A stretch of 63,516 bases of DNA, the filler included. It is 7 parts of 7 records of this genome, joined end to end, with 100 filler letters (N's around TTAATTAATTAA, not from the genome) between each part and the next. Parts side by side here need not be neighbours in the genome. Positions count along the whole stretch, not along the records: positions 8,514 to 27,413 come from DRR723986_9455; positions 27,514 to 34,998 come from DRR723986_9470; 5 more parts are not named here. One strand, given 5' to 3'. Both the position numbers and the translations under genes were made by a program. Below, one piece after another: positions 18,090-30,500 of the stretch (the stretch's first letter is position 1; every line of letters begins with the position of its first letter). The notes under the pieces were generated by a model, which searched no databases, had not been told where the DNA came from, and worked only from the letters and a program-made list of their open reading frames with translations.

Positions 18090-20192
18090 TCAGCCGGCCC
18101 TGAGGAGCCTGATCGCGGCATCGCGGCCGAACAGATACAAAAGACAGCGAAGAGCTTCGCCGCGTTTGGTTTTCAGATCCGGATCCAGTTCAAGGATAAG
18201 TCTTGCGTCGTCGCGTGCGACTTCCATCAGATCGGCGTGTTCGTCAGCGCGTGCGATACGAAAACCTGGCGTGCCGGATTGCCGGGTGCCGAGAATTTCA
18301 CCACCGCCGCGAAGCTTCAGATCTTCTTCTGCGATCAGGAAACCATCGTTGGTCTGGCGCATGATGTTGAGGCGCGCGCCGGCCGTTTCTCCAAGCGGTC
18401 CCTTGTAAAGAAGGACGCAGGACGAAGGCTTGTCACCGCGTCCGACACGGCCTCGCAGCTGGTGCAACTGCGCAAGGCCAAAGCGTTCGGCATGTTCGAT
18501 CACGATTATGGTGGCATCGGGCACATCGACGCCGACTTCAATAACGGTTGTTGCCACCAGAACCTTGGTTGCGCCGGACTTGAAGTCTGCCATGGCGGCA
18601 TCTTTTTCGTCGGCGTTCATGCGGCCGTGAACCAGTGAGACGCGTTGCCGAAGAGCATGTTCCAGAACCCGGTGACGCTCTTCAACGGCGGCCAGGTCGA
18701 TCTTTTCGGATTCTTCCACCAGTGGACATACCCAATAAACCTTCTGTCCGTCGGCGACCGCTGCACCAACCCGGCCAATGATCTCGTCCAGGCGGTCCAG
18801 GGACACTGATACGGTGGTGATGGGCTTGCGGCCCGCGGGCTTGTCCGTCAGGCGAGACACGTCCATGTCGCCAAAGCCGGTCAGCACAAGCGTTCTCGGG
18901 ATAGGGGTGGCGGTCATGACCAGAACATCGACGCCGTTGCCCTTGGCCGAGAGGGCGAGCCGTTGATGCACACCAAAGCGATGCTGCTCGTCTACGACGA
19001 CCATGGCCAGATTGCGAAAGGTCACAGTTCCCTGGAAAAGGGCGTGGGTGCCGACCAAGAGGTCGATCTCACCTGCGTCCAACTGTTCCTGTCGAAGGCG
19101 ACGTTCCTTCTGACTGTCCTTTCCGGTCATCAGGGCAAGGCGAATGCCTGCCTTTTCGCACAATGGCAACATCGACGCGTAGTGCTGGCGGGCGAGAATT
19201 TCCGTCGGCGCCATCAGGGCCCCTTGCGCACCGGTTTCTATCACCTGTGCCAGGGCGGCAAGTGCAACAACGGTCTTACCGGCGCCGACATCGCCTTGCA
19301 GAAGCCGCAACATGCGTACTGGTTTGGCGAGGTCTTCATTTATTTCCTCGATCGCTTTTGCCTGACTGCCGGTCAATTGAAACGGCAGTGACGCTATCAC
19401 CGCTTTTTGCAGTTCCCCTTTGGGGCTTCGCGAAATACCGCCAAGCGTACGCATGTGTGCCCGCACCATGGCAAGAGCCAACTGGCTGGCGAGCAGCTCG
19501 TCATAGGCGAGCCGCTGCATGAAGGGGGAGGCGGGGTCGATGTCGTTGCGTTCATGCGGTGCATGCAGTGTCTTCAAGGCTTCTGCGAAGTCCGGCCAGC
19601 CTGTTTGGTGAAGATGGGCGTCATTCAGCCATTCCGGGAGGTGAGGCACACGGTCGACAGCCGCCCGCACAGCCTTTTGCAGGGTTTTGGAGCTCAAACC
19701 GGCGGTTAGCGGATAGACCGGTTCGATCGCCGGCATTTCTTCCGCTTCCTCAGGTTTCAGCGAATAGTCCGGGTGCACCATCTGAGGGCGTTCATTGAAC
19801 CATTCGACCTTGCCTGACACGATCCTTCGTTCGCCTTCGGGAAAAGTTTTCTCCAGCCAGTCATGGCGCGGGTGAAAGAACACAAAGGTGATCTGGCCTG
19901 TCTCGTCGTAGGCGTTGATCCGGTAAGGTGCTTTCGAATGCCGGGGAGGCGCCATGTGCCGGCCGATGGTGACATCAAGCGTGACGATATCGCCATTTTC
20001 CGAATAGGCGATGCCCGGGCGGTGTCGCCGGTCTATAAGGCTATGAGGAATATGAAAGAGCAGATCCGCAACTGTTGCGTCGCGGTCCGGCTGGCTGCCG
20101 ACGAGGCCGGATACCAGCTTTTCGATCTTTGGTCCGATTCCAGGCAAAGTCGAAACCGGGGCAAACAGGGGATCGAGGACCGGCGGGCGCAT
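18090..20192 (-). CDS. recG: ATP-dependent DNA helicase RecG
   Basis: LQGDVGAGKT, DEQHRFGV, TATPIPRT, QLHQLRGRVGRG, DLKLRGGGEILGTRQSG. Confidence 0.97.
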   Translation of the reverse strand: MRPPVLDPLFAPVSTLPGIGPKIEKLVSGLVGSQPDRDATVADLLFHIPHSLIDRRHRPGIAYSENGDIVTLDVTIGRHMAPPRHSKAPYRINAYDETGQITFVFFHPRHDWLEKTFPEGERRIVSGKVEWFNERPQMVHPDYSLKPEEAEEMPAIEPVYPLTAGLSSKTLQKAVRAAVDRVPHLPEWLNDAHLHQTGWPDFAEALKTLHAPHERNDIDPASPFMQRLAYDELLASQLALAMVRAHMRTLGGISRSPKGELQKAVIASLPFQLTGSQAKAIEEINEDLAKPVRMLRLLQGDVGAGKTVVALAALAQVIETGAQGALMAPTEILARQHYASMLPLCEKAGIRLALMTGKDSQKERRLRQEQLDAGEIDLLVGTHALFQGTVTFRNLAMVVVDEQHRFGVHQRLALSAKGNGVDVLVMTATPIPRTLVLTGFGDMDVSRLTDKPAGRKPITTVSVSLDRLDEIIGRVGAAVADGQKVYWVCPLVEESEKIDLAAVEERHRVLEHALRQRVSLVHGRMNADEKDAAMADFKSGATKVLVATTVIEVGVDVPDATIIVIEHAERFGLAQLHQLRGRVGRGDKPSSCVLLYKGPLGETAGARLNIMRQTNDGFLIAEEDLKLRGGGEILGTRQSGTPGFRIARADEHADLMEVARDDARLILELDPDLKTKRGEALRCLLYLFGRDAAIRLLRAG

Positions 20193-20282
20193 GTTCGGCG
20201 TGTAAACCTTCGAGAGACGGCAGGACGTTCGGTATCAGGAACCCCTGTTCTGCCACGAAGGCGGAGCGCTGCGCAACAAATA

Positions 20283-20297
20283 GAACATTCTGTGAAC
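20283..20297. promoter_or_regulatory. Candidate LexA box GAAC-N7-GAAC in the divergent recG / sdhE-mfd intergenic region
   Basis: GAAC ATTCTGT GAAC, about 90 nt upstream of the recG start. Confidence 0.5.
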
Positions 20298-20423
20298 TGG
20301 GCGCTGACAAGCTCGTTCTCTGGCGCTATATAACCGACACGAAATCACTCGTCCGGCCGATATCGGCGAAAACAATTCTGCCTTTGCCTCAAGGCCGGTC
20401 AGCTTCTCATAGGTCTGTCTCTC

Positions 20424-20741
20424 ATGTCCGAAATGTCCGGCGCACACGTCGATACCAATGGTGGCGAACGGGATTCCCGGCGCAAGAAAATACTGTTTCG
20501 GTGCTGGCATCGGGGCATGAAGGAAATGGATCTGCTGTTGGGTGGATTTGCGGATGCCAAGATCGACAGCCTTACGGAAGAAGAACTCCTCGAACTCGAG
20601 CACTTGCTGACAGCGCATGACCAGGATCTGTACGCCTGGATGACAGGTCGCAAGCCCTTGCCGCAGGAGTGGGACGGTCCGCTTTACCGCCGCATCATTG
20701 CCTATCATGAAGCCGCCGGTCCGGCCGGGTTCGGCAGATAA
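20424..20741 (+). CDS. sdhE: Succinate dehydrogenase flavinylation factor SdhE (SDHAF2)
   Basis: RCWHRGMKEMDLLLG (RGxxE motif), DQDLYAW; position between recG and mfd. Confidence 0.92.
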   Translation: MSEMSGAHVDTNGGERDSRRKKILFRCWHRGMKEMDLLLGGFADAKIDSLTEEELLELEHLLTAHDQDLYAWMTGRKPLPQEWDGPLYRRIIAYHEAAGPAGFGR

Positions 20742-20758
20742 CAACAAGGACGCCAGCT

Positions 20759-23700
20759 GTGTTTGACAGCCTGCTGAAGGATCAGGCCAACGTGACGCTT
20801 GCCGGCGTTCCGGATGGGGCCGAAAGCTACGCTCTTGCAAGGCTGCTTGCCGAATCCCGAGCGCAGGGCCTTGCCCTGGTATTTGTCGCCCGCGACGCAA
20901 CGCGCATGGCCATGGTCAGCGAAGCACTTCAGTTCTTCGATCCAGAGGTCGAAATCCTGCAGTTGCCCGCCTGGGATTGCCTGCCATACGACCGCGTTTC
21001 GCCCAATTCTGCGATCAGTGCACGCCGCCTGCTGGCGCTCGGCCAACTTGCGCGTGGCATGACGGACGGCAAGAAAACCGTCCTGATGACAACGCTCAAC
21101 GCGGCACTTCAGCGTGTTCCCGAGCGCTCTTTCATGGCCGACCAGACCTTCTCCATGGCACCGGGTAACCGGGTCGACATGGGAGCGATCTCCACATGGC
21201 TGGAGATGAACGGCTTTTCGCGGACCCCGACCGTTCGTGAAACCGGCGAATATGCTGTTCGTGGCGGTATTGTCGATCTCTTTGCGCCTGGAGCGGAGGA
21301 GCCCGTGCGGCTCGATTTCTTCGGCGATACCCTTGAATCGATCCGCTCATTCAACGCGGAAACACAGAGAACCTCCAAACAGCTGAAACGCCTTGACCTG
21401 GTTCCGATGAGCGAGGTCGTATTGTCCGAGGAAGCCATCTCACGCTTCCGTCGTTCCTATCTCGCCAATTTTGGCGCAGCCAGCCGTGAAGACGTGCTCT
21501 ATCAGTCGATCAGCGACGGTCGCCGATACGCAGGCATGGAGCATTGGCTGCCACTGTTCCACGACCGACTGGAAAGTCTGTTCGATTACATCGGCGATAC
21601 GCCTGTCGTTCTGGACACCAGCATGAGTGACGCAGTCCGCGAACGCGTTGACCAGGTCACGGAATACTACCGCGCACGTCAGGAAGCGCGCGAAATGGGG
21701 ACAAGCGCCGGAACGGTGCCTTACATGCCGGTGGAACCGGCCAGTCTCTATGTCACCGAAGAGGAATGGCGTGCAGCTGTCGCCGACCGCGCAAGCGCCG
21801 CACTTGATCCCTTTACGCCGCCACCAGGCAGCGGCAAGACGATTGTCGAACTGGGGGGGCGTCAGGGCCGGAGTTTTGCTGCCGAAAGGGCCGCGGGCGA
21901 CATCAACATTTTTGACGCGCTGACGACTCACGTGCGCCAACTGCAAAAGCAGGGCAAACGCACGGTGATTGCCTGCTGGTCGGAAGGTTCGCGCGACCGT
22001 CTCGGCCAGATCCTTGAAGACCATGGTCTTGGAGCGGTCAAGAATGCGGACACGCTGAAGGACATCGAGGGACTTCCCGCCAAGACAACCGCGCTGTGTG
22101 TACTGGGCATCGAGCATGGCTTTGAGCTCAATGACGTCGTCTTCATCGGCGAACAGGACATTCTCGGCGACAGGCTGGTTCGCAAGTCGCGTCGCAAGTC
22201 CAAAGGTGCCAACGTCATTACCGAAGCGACGGGCCTTTCGGAAGGCGATCTCGTCGTTCACGTGGACCACGGTATCGGCAGGTTCATCGGTCTGAAAACG
22301 ATCGAAGCTGTCGGCGCACCGCATGACTGCCTGGAACTTCAATATGCCGGTGGCGACAAACTCTATCTTCCGGTCGAAAACATCGAGCTTCTGTCCCGCT
22401 ATGGCTCGGAAGATCAGGAAGCCCAGCTCGACAAGCTCGGTGGCGGTGCCTGGCAGGCACGCAAGGCCAAGCTCAAGAAGCGCATTCTGGAAATCGCCGA
22501 CGGCCTGATCAAGACAGCAGCTCAACGCGCTCTCAAGACCGCGCCGGTGGTGGAAACACCGGAAGGCGTCTACGACGAGTTCGCGACGCGATTCCCCTAC
22601 GAGGAAACAGACGATCAGCTTACTGCGATCGATGCGGTTTTCGACGATCTGTCTTCGGGGCGGCCGATGGATCGGCTGGTTTGCGGCGACGTTGGATTCG
22701 GCAAGACGGAAGTGGCACTTCGTGCAGCTTTCATTGCCGCCATGTCCGGGCGCCAGGTTGCGGTGGTGGTGCCGACGACCCTTTTGGCCCGTCAACACTT
22801 CAAGACCTTCTCCGAGCGCTTTCATGGTCTGCCGATCAACGTAGCCCATGCATCCCGCCTGGTGCCCACGAAGCAACTGAGCCTGACCAAGAAAGGCATC
22901 ACGGACGGATCAGTCGATATTGTCGTCGGCACCCATGCGCTGCTGGGCAAGTCCATCGAATTCCGTGATCTCGGCCTGCTTATCATCGACGAGGAGCAGC
23001 ATTTCGGGGTCAAGCACAAGGAGCGGCTGAAGGAGCTGAAATCGGACGTTCACGTGCTGACGCTATCTGCGACACCGATCCCGCGGACCTTGCAGCTTGC
23101 GCTGACCGGCGTACGCGAACTGTCGCTGATCGCAACGCCGCCGGTTGACCGGCTGGCGGTGCGCACGTTCGTCTCGCCGTTCGATCCGTTGGTGGTTCGA
23201 GAGGCCCTTCTGCGCGAGCATTACAGGGGCGGGCAGAGCTTCTATGTCTGTCCGCGCCTTGCCGACATTGCAGAGCGTCTCGAGTTTCTTGAAAATCAGG
23301 TGCCTGAACTGAAAGTGGCGGTCGCCCACGGCCAGATGCCTCCGGGCGAACTGGAAGACGTCATGAACGCCTTCTATGAGGGCAAGTACAACGTCCTGCT
23401 GTCGACAACGATCGTGGAATCCGGGCTGGATATTCCAACCGCGAACACGTTGATCGTGCACCGGGCGGATATGTTCGGCCTTGCGCAGCTCTACCAGTTG
23501 CGCGGACGTGTCGGTCGGTCCAAGACCCGCGCCTATGCGCTCTTTACCGTTCCAGCCAACAAGACGTTGACGGCGACTGCCGAGCGCCGATTGAAGGTGC
23601 TGCAGTCTCTCGAAACATTGGGGGCGGGCTTCCAGCTGGCCAGCCACGATCTCGACATTCGCGGGGCCGGAAACCTGCTTGGCGAGGAGCAGTCCGGGCA

Positions 23701-24244
23701 TATCAAGGAAATCGGATTTGAACTTTACCAGCAGATGCTGGAAGAGGCGGTTGCCCAGCTCAAGGATGGTGGTGCGGATTTTGGCGACGAGCAGTGGTCG
23801 CCGCAAATCAACATCGGCACGCCTGTTCTCATCCCGGAAAACTACGTCGCCGACCTGCAACTACGTTTGCAGCTTTATCGCCGTTTGGGCGATGTCACCG
23901 AGGCGGAGGAAATCGATTCCTTTGGTGCGGAACTGATCGACCGATTTGGACCGTTGCCGGAAGAAGTGCAGCATCTCCTCAAGATCGTCTTCATCAAGGG
24001 GCTTTGCCGCAAGGCCAATGTGGAGAAGGTCGATGCCGGGCCGAAAGGGATCGTCATCACGTTCCGCAATAGCGAATTCTCCAATCCGGCCGGTCTGGTT
24101 TCCTACATTGCCGAGCAGGGTGTCCTTGCGAAGATCCGTCCGGATCAGAAGGTGGTCCTGACGCGCGACTGGGATAAAACCGACGCCCGTTTGAAAGGGA
24201 CCGCAACGGTGCTGACCAAGCTGGCGCGCTTGGCGGCCGCCTGA
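20759..24244 (+). CDS. mfd: Transcription-repair coupling factor
   Basis: LPAWDCLPYDRVSP, VHVDHGIG, CGDVGFGKTEVA, DEEQHFGV, QLRGRVGRS; 1161 aa. Confidence 0.98.
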   Translation: MFDSLLKDQANVTLAGVPDGAESYALARLLAESRAQGLALVFVARDATRMAMVSEALQFFDPEVEILQLPAWDCLPYDRVSPNSAISARRLLALGQLARGMTDGKKTVLMTTLNAALQRVPERSFMADQTFSMAPGNRVDMGAISTWLEMNGFSRTPTVRETGEYAVRGGIVDLFAPGAEEPVRLDFFGDTLESIRSFNAETQRTSKQLKRLDLVPMSEVVLSEEAISRFRRSYLANFGAASREDVLYQSISDGRRYAGMEHWLPLFHDRLESLFDYIGDTPVVLDTSMSDAVRERVDQVTEYYRARQEAREMGTSAGTVPYMPVEPASLYVTEEEWRAAVADRASAALDPFTPPPGSGKTIVELGGRQGRSFAAERAAGDINIFDALTTHVRQLQKQGKRTVIACWSEGSRDRLGQILEDHGLGAVKNADTLKDIEGLPAKTTALCVLGIEHGFELNDVVFIGEQDILGDRLVRKSRRKSKGANVITEATGLSEGDLVVHVDHGIGRFIGLKTIEAVGAPHDCLELQYAGGDKLYLPVENIELLSRYGSEDQEAQLDKLGGGAWQARKAKLKKRILEIADGLIKTAAQRALKTAPVVETPEGVYDEFATRFPYEETDDQLTAIDAVFDDLSSGRPMDRLVCGDVGFGKTEVALRAAFIAAMSGRQVAVVVPTTLLARQHFKTFSERFHGLPINVAHASRLVPTKQLSLTKKGITDGSVDIVVGTHALLGKSIEFRDLGLLIIDEEQHFGVKHKERLKELKSDVHVLTLSATPIPRTLQLALTGVRELSLIATPPVDRLAVRTFVSPFDPLVVREALLREHYRGGQSFYVCPRLADIAERLEFLENQVPELKVAVAHGQMPPGELEDVMNAFYEGKYNVLLSTTIVESGLDIPTANTLIVHRADMFGLAQLYQLRGRVGRSKTRAYALFTVPANKTLTATAERRLKVLQSLETLGAGFQLASHDLDIRGAGNLLGEEQSGHIKEIGFELYQQMLEEAVAQLKDGGADFGDEQWSPQINIGTPVLIPENYVADLQLRLQLYRRLGDVTEAEEIDSFGAELIDRFGPLPEEVQHLLKIVFIKGLCRKANVEKVDAGPKGIVITFRNSEFSNPAGLVSYIAEQGVLAKIRPDQKVVLTRDWDKTDARLKGTATVLTKLARLAAA

Positions 24245-24374
24245 GGCAGAGTTTGCCGGCACGCTCAGACGTGTGGAGCGAGTGCGCGGACCCGAGCAGG
24301 AGCCAGTCCAATATCGCACTGAGCATGTGGTTATCCGGAGGGCCGAGGAGTTCGCGGTTGCCACCCGATAGGCC

Positions 24375-25031
24375 TCAGCACGCATCCGTCCATCCTTCGG
24401 CACCCACCAGAGGTACGTAGGCGACAGCACCGAGATTGTCTGTTTTGAACTCGATTTCGGAAAGCCGTTCGATCCGAATGAGATCTTGCTGCCGCTTAGA
24501 CCTGCCAACCGGAATCACCAATCGACCGCCTACCTTGAGTTGCTTTTTGAGAGAATCGGGAACAGCCGGCGCTCCGGCCGCAACAGCGATGGCATCGAAG
24601 GGAGCCTCGGCCGGATAGCCGAGTGTTCCGTCAGCGCAAAGGACCTCAACGTTCCTGCAACCTGCCTGTTCCAGATTTTTCCTGGAAAGGCTGACGAGCT
24701 CCTGAAGTCGATCGATCGAAAAGACTTTGTGTGCGAGGTTTCCAAGCACGGCAGCTGCGTAACCAGAACCTGCCCCGATCTCCAGAATCTTCGCGTTTTC
24801 GCTGATTTCAAGGAGTTCGCAAGTGAGCGCCACAACATAGGGCTGGGATATTGTCTGGCCATATCCGATGGACAAAGGCCCATCCCAGTAGGCTCGGTTT
24901 AACTCGCTCTGCGGAACAAAGATATGGCGCGGCACACTGGCCATGGCGGCCAGAACCCGTTTATCGCTGATGCCGCGCCTGTGCAGTTGCTGCTCAACCA
25001 TTTCTGCGCGTGCGGTCGTCCACTGATCCAT
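24375..25031 (-). CDS. pcm: Protein-L-isoaspartate O-methyltransferase
   Basis: VPRHIFV, GQTISQPY, LEIGAGSGY, APFDAIAVAAG, GGRLVIPVG. Confidence 0.95.
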   Translation of the reverse strand: MDQWTTARAEMVEQQLHRRGISDKRVLAAMASVPRHIFVPQSELNRAYWDGPLSIGYGQTISQPYVVALTCELLEISENAKILEIGAGSGYAAAVLGNLAHKVFSIDRLQELVSLSRKNLEQAGCRNVEVLCADGTLGYPAEAPFDAIAVAAGAPAVPDSLKKQLKVGGRLVIPVGRSKRQQDLIRIERLSEIEFKTDNLGAVAYVPLVGAEGWTDAC

Positions 25032-25154
25032 GGGCTACTCTCGCCGGACACAAATTTACCGTGCATTTGATTGGCTGTCTCAAGACTCTATTAAACCTAA
25101 ATCCGCATAGTGAGAGAACCAAGAGGCCAGTGTATCAGCGTTAAGGTCCAAAGA

Positions 25155-25496
25155 GTGCCCCGAGCAGCTACCCGTCAGCGAAAACAGTCATTTCTCCGTC
25201 GATTGATCACGCCTGCAATCGCCATTGCTGCGCTTGGTTATTTTGGCTTCCATGCAATGAGCGGTGAGCTCGGAATGGTTGGCCGCGCAATGATCGAGCG
25301 TCAGGTGTCTGAACTTGAAGGTGAATTGGCTGTCTTGACCGCACAGCGTCAGGAGCTCGTCTCAAGGGTTAGTCTGCTTCGGCCGGAGAGCCTCGATCCT
25401 GATATGCTCGATGAGCGCGCAAGGCTCAATCTCAACCTGGTGCATCCTGACGAGCTGGTTGTTCTCAGGCCGGGTCACCGTTACAGCATGAACTGA
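25155..25496 (+). CDS. ftsB: Septum formation initiator (FtsB/DivIC family)
   Basis: One TM helix, coiled coil, LDPDMLDERAR; upstream of pdhA. Start uncertain (25110 or 25155). Confidence 0.85.
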   Translation: MPRAATRQRKQSFLRRLITPAIAIAALGYFGFHAMSGELGMVGRAMIERQVSELEGELAVLTAQRQELVSRVSLLRPESLDPDMLDERARLNLNLVHPDELVVLRPGHRYSMN

Positions 25497-25662
25497 ATTT
25501 CAGTTGATTTTGCTGCATTAACAATAATCTGGTTAAATATAAAATTCTGTAGTATCAACAATACTTTGATGCTGTTGTTGCAGTGCGAGATGCGTGGATT
25601 GGATTGACAGACCCAACCGGATAAGTTGCTCCTACCTATCTTAGGGGAAACGTCACGCCGAG

Positions 25663-26721
25663 ATGAGGGTTATGGCCACAGCATCAAAGACCACTTCCGC
25701 TAGCTCCAAGAGCACCAGCCGGACACGCAGCTCCGCCAAGAAGGCGCAGCCTGCGATCGCCGAGTTCGATAAGGACGAAGAACTTCACGCTTACCGCGAA
25801 ATGCTTCTGATCCGACGTTTTGAGGAAAAAGCCGGGCAACTGTACGGCATGGGCCTCATCGGCGGGTTTTGTCATTTGTATATCGGACAGGAAGCTGTCG
25901 TCGTCGGTATGCAGATGGCCAAGAGAGACGGCGATCAGATGATCACCGGTTACCGGGATCATGGCCACATGCTGGCAATGGATCTCGATCCGAAAGGCGT
26001 GATGGCGGAACTGACCGGTCGTCGCGGTGGCTTGTCGAAAGGCAAGGGCGGCTCCATGCACATGTTCTCCAAGGAGAAGCATTTCTATGGCGGCCATGGC
26101 ATCGTCGGTGCGCAGGTGTCGCTTGGCACCGGCCTCGGGTTCGCGAACAAATACCGTGAAAACGGAAACGTTGCGATGGCCTTCTTTGGCGACGGTGCGT
26201 CCAACCAGGGTCAGGTCTACGAGAGCTTCAACATGGCCGAGCTGTGGAAGCTTCCGGTCGTTTACGTGATCGAGAACAACAAGTACGGCATGGGCACCAG
26301 CGTTGCCCGCGCCTCCGCCACCACAGATCTTTCCCAGCGCGGTGCTTCCTTCGGAATTCCGGGCAAGCAGGTCGACGGTATGGATGTGCGCGCTGTCAAG
26401 GCAGCCTCCGCTGAAGCTCTGGAATGGTGCCGTGAAGGCAAGGGGCCGTTCATTCTTGAAATGATCACCTACCGCTACCGCGGCCACTCCATGTCGGATC
26501 CGGCGAAATACCGCTCCAAGGACGAAGTCCAGAAGATGCGGACCGAACATGACCCGATCGAACAGGTGCGTGCGCGCCTCATGGACAAGGGCTGGGCTTC
26601 CGAAGACGACCTCAAGGCCATCGACAAGGATGTGCGGGCCAGGGTCGCGGAAGCTGCCGAATTTGCACAGACGGATCCGGAACCGGATGTATCTGAACTC
26701 TACACCGACATTCTGCTCTAA
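25663..26721 (+). CDS. pdhA: Pyruvate dehydrogenase E1 alpha
   Basis: [32 protein letters not shown]. Confidence 0.97.
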   Translation: MRVMATASKTTSASSKSTSRTRSSAKKAQPAIAEFDKDEELHAYREMLLIRRFEEKAGQLYGMGLIGGFCHLYIGQEAVVVGMQMAKRDGDQMITGYRDHGHMLAMDLDPKGVMAELTGRRGGLSKGKGGSMHMFSKEKHFYGGHGIVGAQVSLGTGLGFANKYRENGNVAMAFFGDGASNQGQVYESFNMAELWKLPVVYVIENNKYGMGTSVARASATTDLSQRGASFGIPGKQVDGMDVRAVKAASAEALEWCREGKGPFILEMITYRYRGHSMSDPAKYRSKDEVQKMRTEHDPIEQVRARLMDKGWASEDDLKAIDKDVRARVAEAAEFAQTDPEPDVSELYTDILL

Positions 26722-26735
26722 GGCCGGGGGACAAC

Positions 26736-27413
<678 letters not shown>

Positions 27414-27513
27414 NNNNNNNNNNNNNNNNNNNNNNNNNNNNNNNNNNNNNNNNNNNNTTAATTAATTAANNNNNNNNNNNNNNNNNNNNNNNNNNNNNNN
27501 NNNNNNNNNNNNN
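27414..27513. other. Artificial contig spacer
   Basis: N-run with TTAATTAATTAA. Confidence 0.98.
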
Positions 27514-30500
27514 CCCGCCGCAACGCTGGCGGGCCCGACCCGCAGCACCGCATTGGAGGCGGGGGCGAGTGTGAGCGTGCTGAACTCTCTCTCGCGCAAG
27601 GCACCGGATTTCGAGACGATGGCGCAGTCGGCAGCGGCGCTGTTCGTGCAAGGCATCGACCTCGATTGGCCTGCGATCACCGGACAGCCAACTTGTCATG
27701 TGGAGCTTCCTGCCAATGCCTGGCAGTCAGAACCGTTCTGGCAAGGGTCGGAGGAAAGCGATGCGGTGCTGTTCAAGCCGGTCAAGCATCCGTTCCTGGG
27801 CCAGCGTGCGCGGGGCAACAGCACAAGCTGGATGTCCGAGCTGAATCTGCGCGCCTATGCCTATCTCAAGGATCATCGGTTGCAGTCCGACGTGATCTTC
27901 CCGGCGGCGGGCTATATCGACACGATTATTGCAATGTGCCGCGAACAATTCGGGGCTGACAAGACAATCGAGATTGAAGACGCGGTCATTCATGAAGCGC
28001 TGTTCATCGACCCGGAAGAAGAAATCCTTTTCAGTTCTATCTTCGATCCCGACAGGGGCAGGGTGAAGATGTATTCCAGGGTCCGTGACGCCAACGACGA
28101 CTGGGTGCTGCGCAGCGAGGCCCGCGCGCGGGTCACCGACGTAAAGGCTCCGCCCGCCCGCCCGTTCGACCCGGACCGCAAGGGCATGACGGAAATCGAC
28201 ACGGCCTATGCGTATAGTGTCGACGAGACGAACAGCTTTATCAACTATGGCGATGCATTCCAGACGATCGACCAGCTCTGGATGACCTCCTCCAAAACCT
28301 TTGCCCGCGTGGTTCTGAAAGACGGGGGCAAATCCACCAGAAGCCGCCACCACATTCATCCCACCATGCTGGACGGGTGTTTGCAGATTCTGGAACCACG
28401 CATGACGCTGAAGAAGATGCGCCGGGGCCGTCAGCCCGGTGATCCTGTTTGCCTGCCAATCGGCGTCGGGCGTATTCGGGTCTTTGGCGACTTCCCCGAT
28501 GAAATTTTCGTCGAAGCTGATCAGATCAAGCAGATCAATGACTTGGAGCCGACCGCCGGCTTTACCGTGCGCGATTGTGACGGGCGTGTTCTGATGTCTG
28601 TCGAGCGGCTCAAGGTCAGCCTTCTGCCCAACAACAAGGCGGAATCCGCGGGTGACGAGGTGCCTGCCCATTTCGTGCGACAGGATCTTGTAACCCTGCG
28701 CGAGGAAGAGGCCGGTGCCGACCCCGTCACCGGGCGTTGGCTGCTGCTGGAAGGTGGCTCCCAGTCCGATGCGGACCTCGCCGGGGCGCTATCGGCCTCG
28801 GGCGCCGAGGTCAGCCGTGTGACGCGGTCGGACTTGGGAGAGGACATTCGCGGCGGGCTGATCGACCTGGCCGCAGATGCGATCGAAACCGGTGATCTGG
28901 CAGGCATTGCAGTCGCCTGGCCGCTGGCGCTTGCAGATGTGTCGGAGGACAGTTCGACCGACGATCTGTTTGGCGCGATTGACAGATGTACCAAAGACCT
29001 TATTGCGCTTGGCGACTTGCTGGATTTTGCCCGCAGCGGCGAAAACGGGCTGCCGGAAATCGTGGTCCTGACGTCGGGGGCGTATCCCGCATCCGGCAGC
29101 GACGGCCAAGATGGCCGGATCCTGACGCAGATGCCGGTTGTGGCTGTGGCCCGCGGATTGGCGACCGAAACGCCGGAATACCGAATTCGTCTGCTGGATG
29201 CGGATGCACCGGCTCTCTCTGATCCGTCTGCGCTGGCCGCGCGTATCCTGCGCCCCGGCCCGGAAACCGAGGTGATCCTGCGCGACGGCGCGTGCCTTGT
29301 TCCGCGCCTGCGCCATGCGGAGTCCGATGATTTCGACTGGAAACTGTTGTCTGTCCCGAAAACCGACAAACTCACCAATTTCCATGCCACGATGAAATCC
29401 CCCGGTGTGATCGACCATGTCGGGCTGACCGAGATCCCGCTGCAACCGATGGGACCGGACGAGGTTCGGGTCAGGATTTCGGCGGTTGGCCTGAATTTCC
29501 GGGATATCATGGCCGTGACCGGCCTGCTGCCGACCGAGGCAGAACCCAAACCGGCTTGGGAAAACCTTGGCCTGGAATATGGCGGCGTCGTTGAGGCCAT
29601 TGGTGAAAACGTGGCCGGTTTCAAACCGGGCGACCGGGTGATGGGGCTTGGAAAACGCTGTCTGCAACGGTTCATGACTGTGAACCCAAACGTTCTGACG
29701 CTGTTGCCGGATCATATTTCGCTGGCACAGGCGGCCACCATTCCCAGTGCCTTCGCCACGGCCCATTACGCACTGAACCATGTCGGACGGATGCGGGCCG
29801 GTGAAAAGGTCTTCATCCACGTGGCCACGGGCGGCGTTGGAACGGCCGCCGTGCAACTGGCCCAGGCAGCAGGTGCCGAGATCTTCGCAACTGCGGGCAA
29901 CCCCGAGAAACGACGCCTTCTGAAAGACCTTGGCGTGCCGCATGTGATGGATTCCCGGTCGCTCAAGTTCGCCGATGACGTGATGAGGATCACCAAGGGA
30001 ACCGGCGTCGATATTCTGCTGAACTCTCTGCCCGGCGCCTATATCGCCAAGGGGCTGGACATCATGGCCCCCTATGGCCGCTACCTGGAGATCGGAAAAC
30101 GCGACGTCTATGAGGATGCGGCAATCGGCATGAAAGCGCTGCGCCGCAACGTGTCGCTTTCGGTTCTCGATCTCGCCGCCATGGGAGAAGAGCGGCCAGA
30201 GCTTCTGGCGGAGATGTTCCAGGAACTGATCGGGATGCTGGACAGCCAGGCCCTTTCGCCGCTGCCCTATACCGAGTTTCCGATAAGCCAGATCGGCGAC
30301 GCCATCCGTTACATGAGCCAGGCAAAGCATGTCGGCAAGGTCGTCGTGACGTTGGAAGAAGATGCGTTCCACGTGCGCCGTGACATGAACCGGCCCGTAA
30401 GCCTGTCTGAAAACGGCAGCTACCTGATCACCGGCGGAACGGCGGGTTTCAGCCTCAAGATCGCGGATTGGCTGTCGAAAGCCGGGGCAGGGCGGATTGT

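Noticed and set aside
20239-20250. GAAC-N4-GTTC upstream of recG
   Set aside because: Gram-positive-type SOS motif, not the operator expected in an alphaproteobacterium; likely chance.
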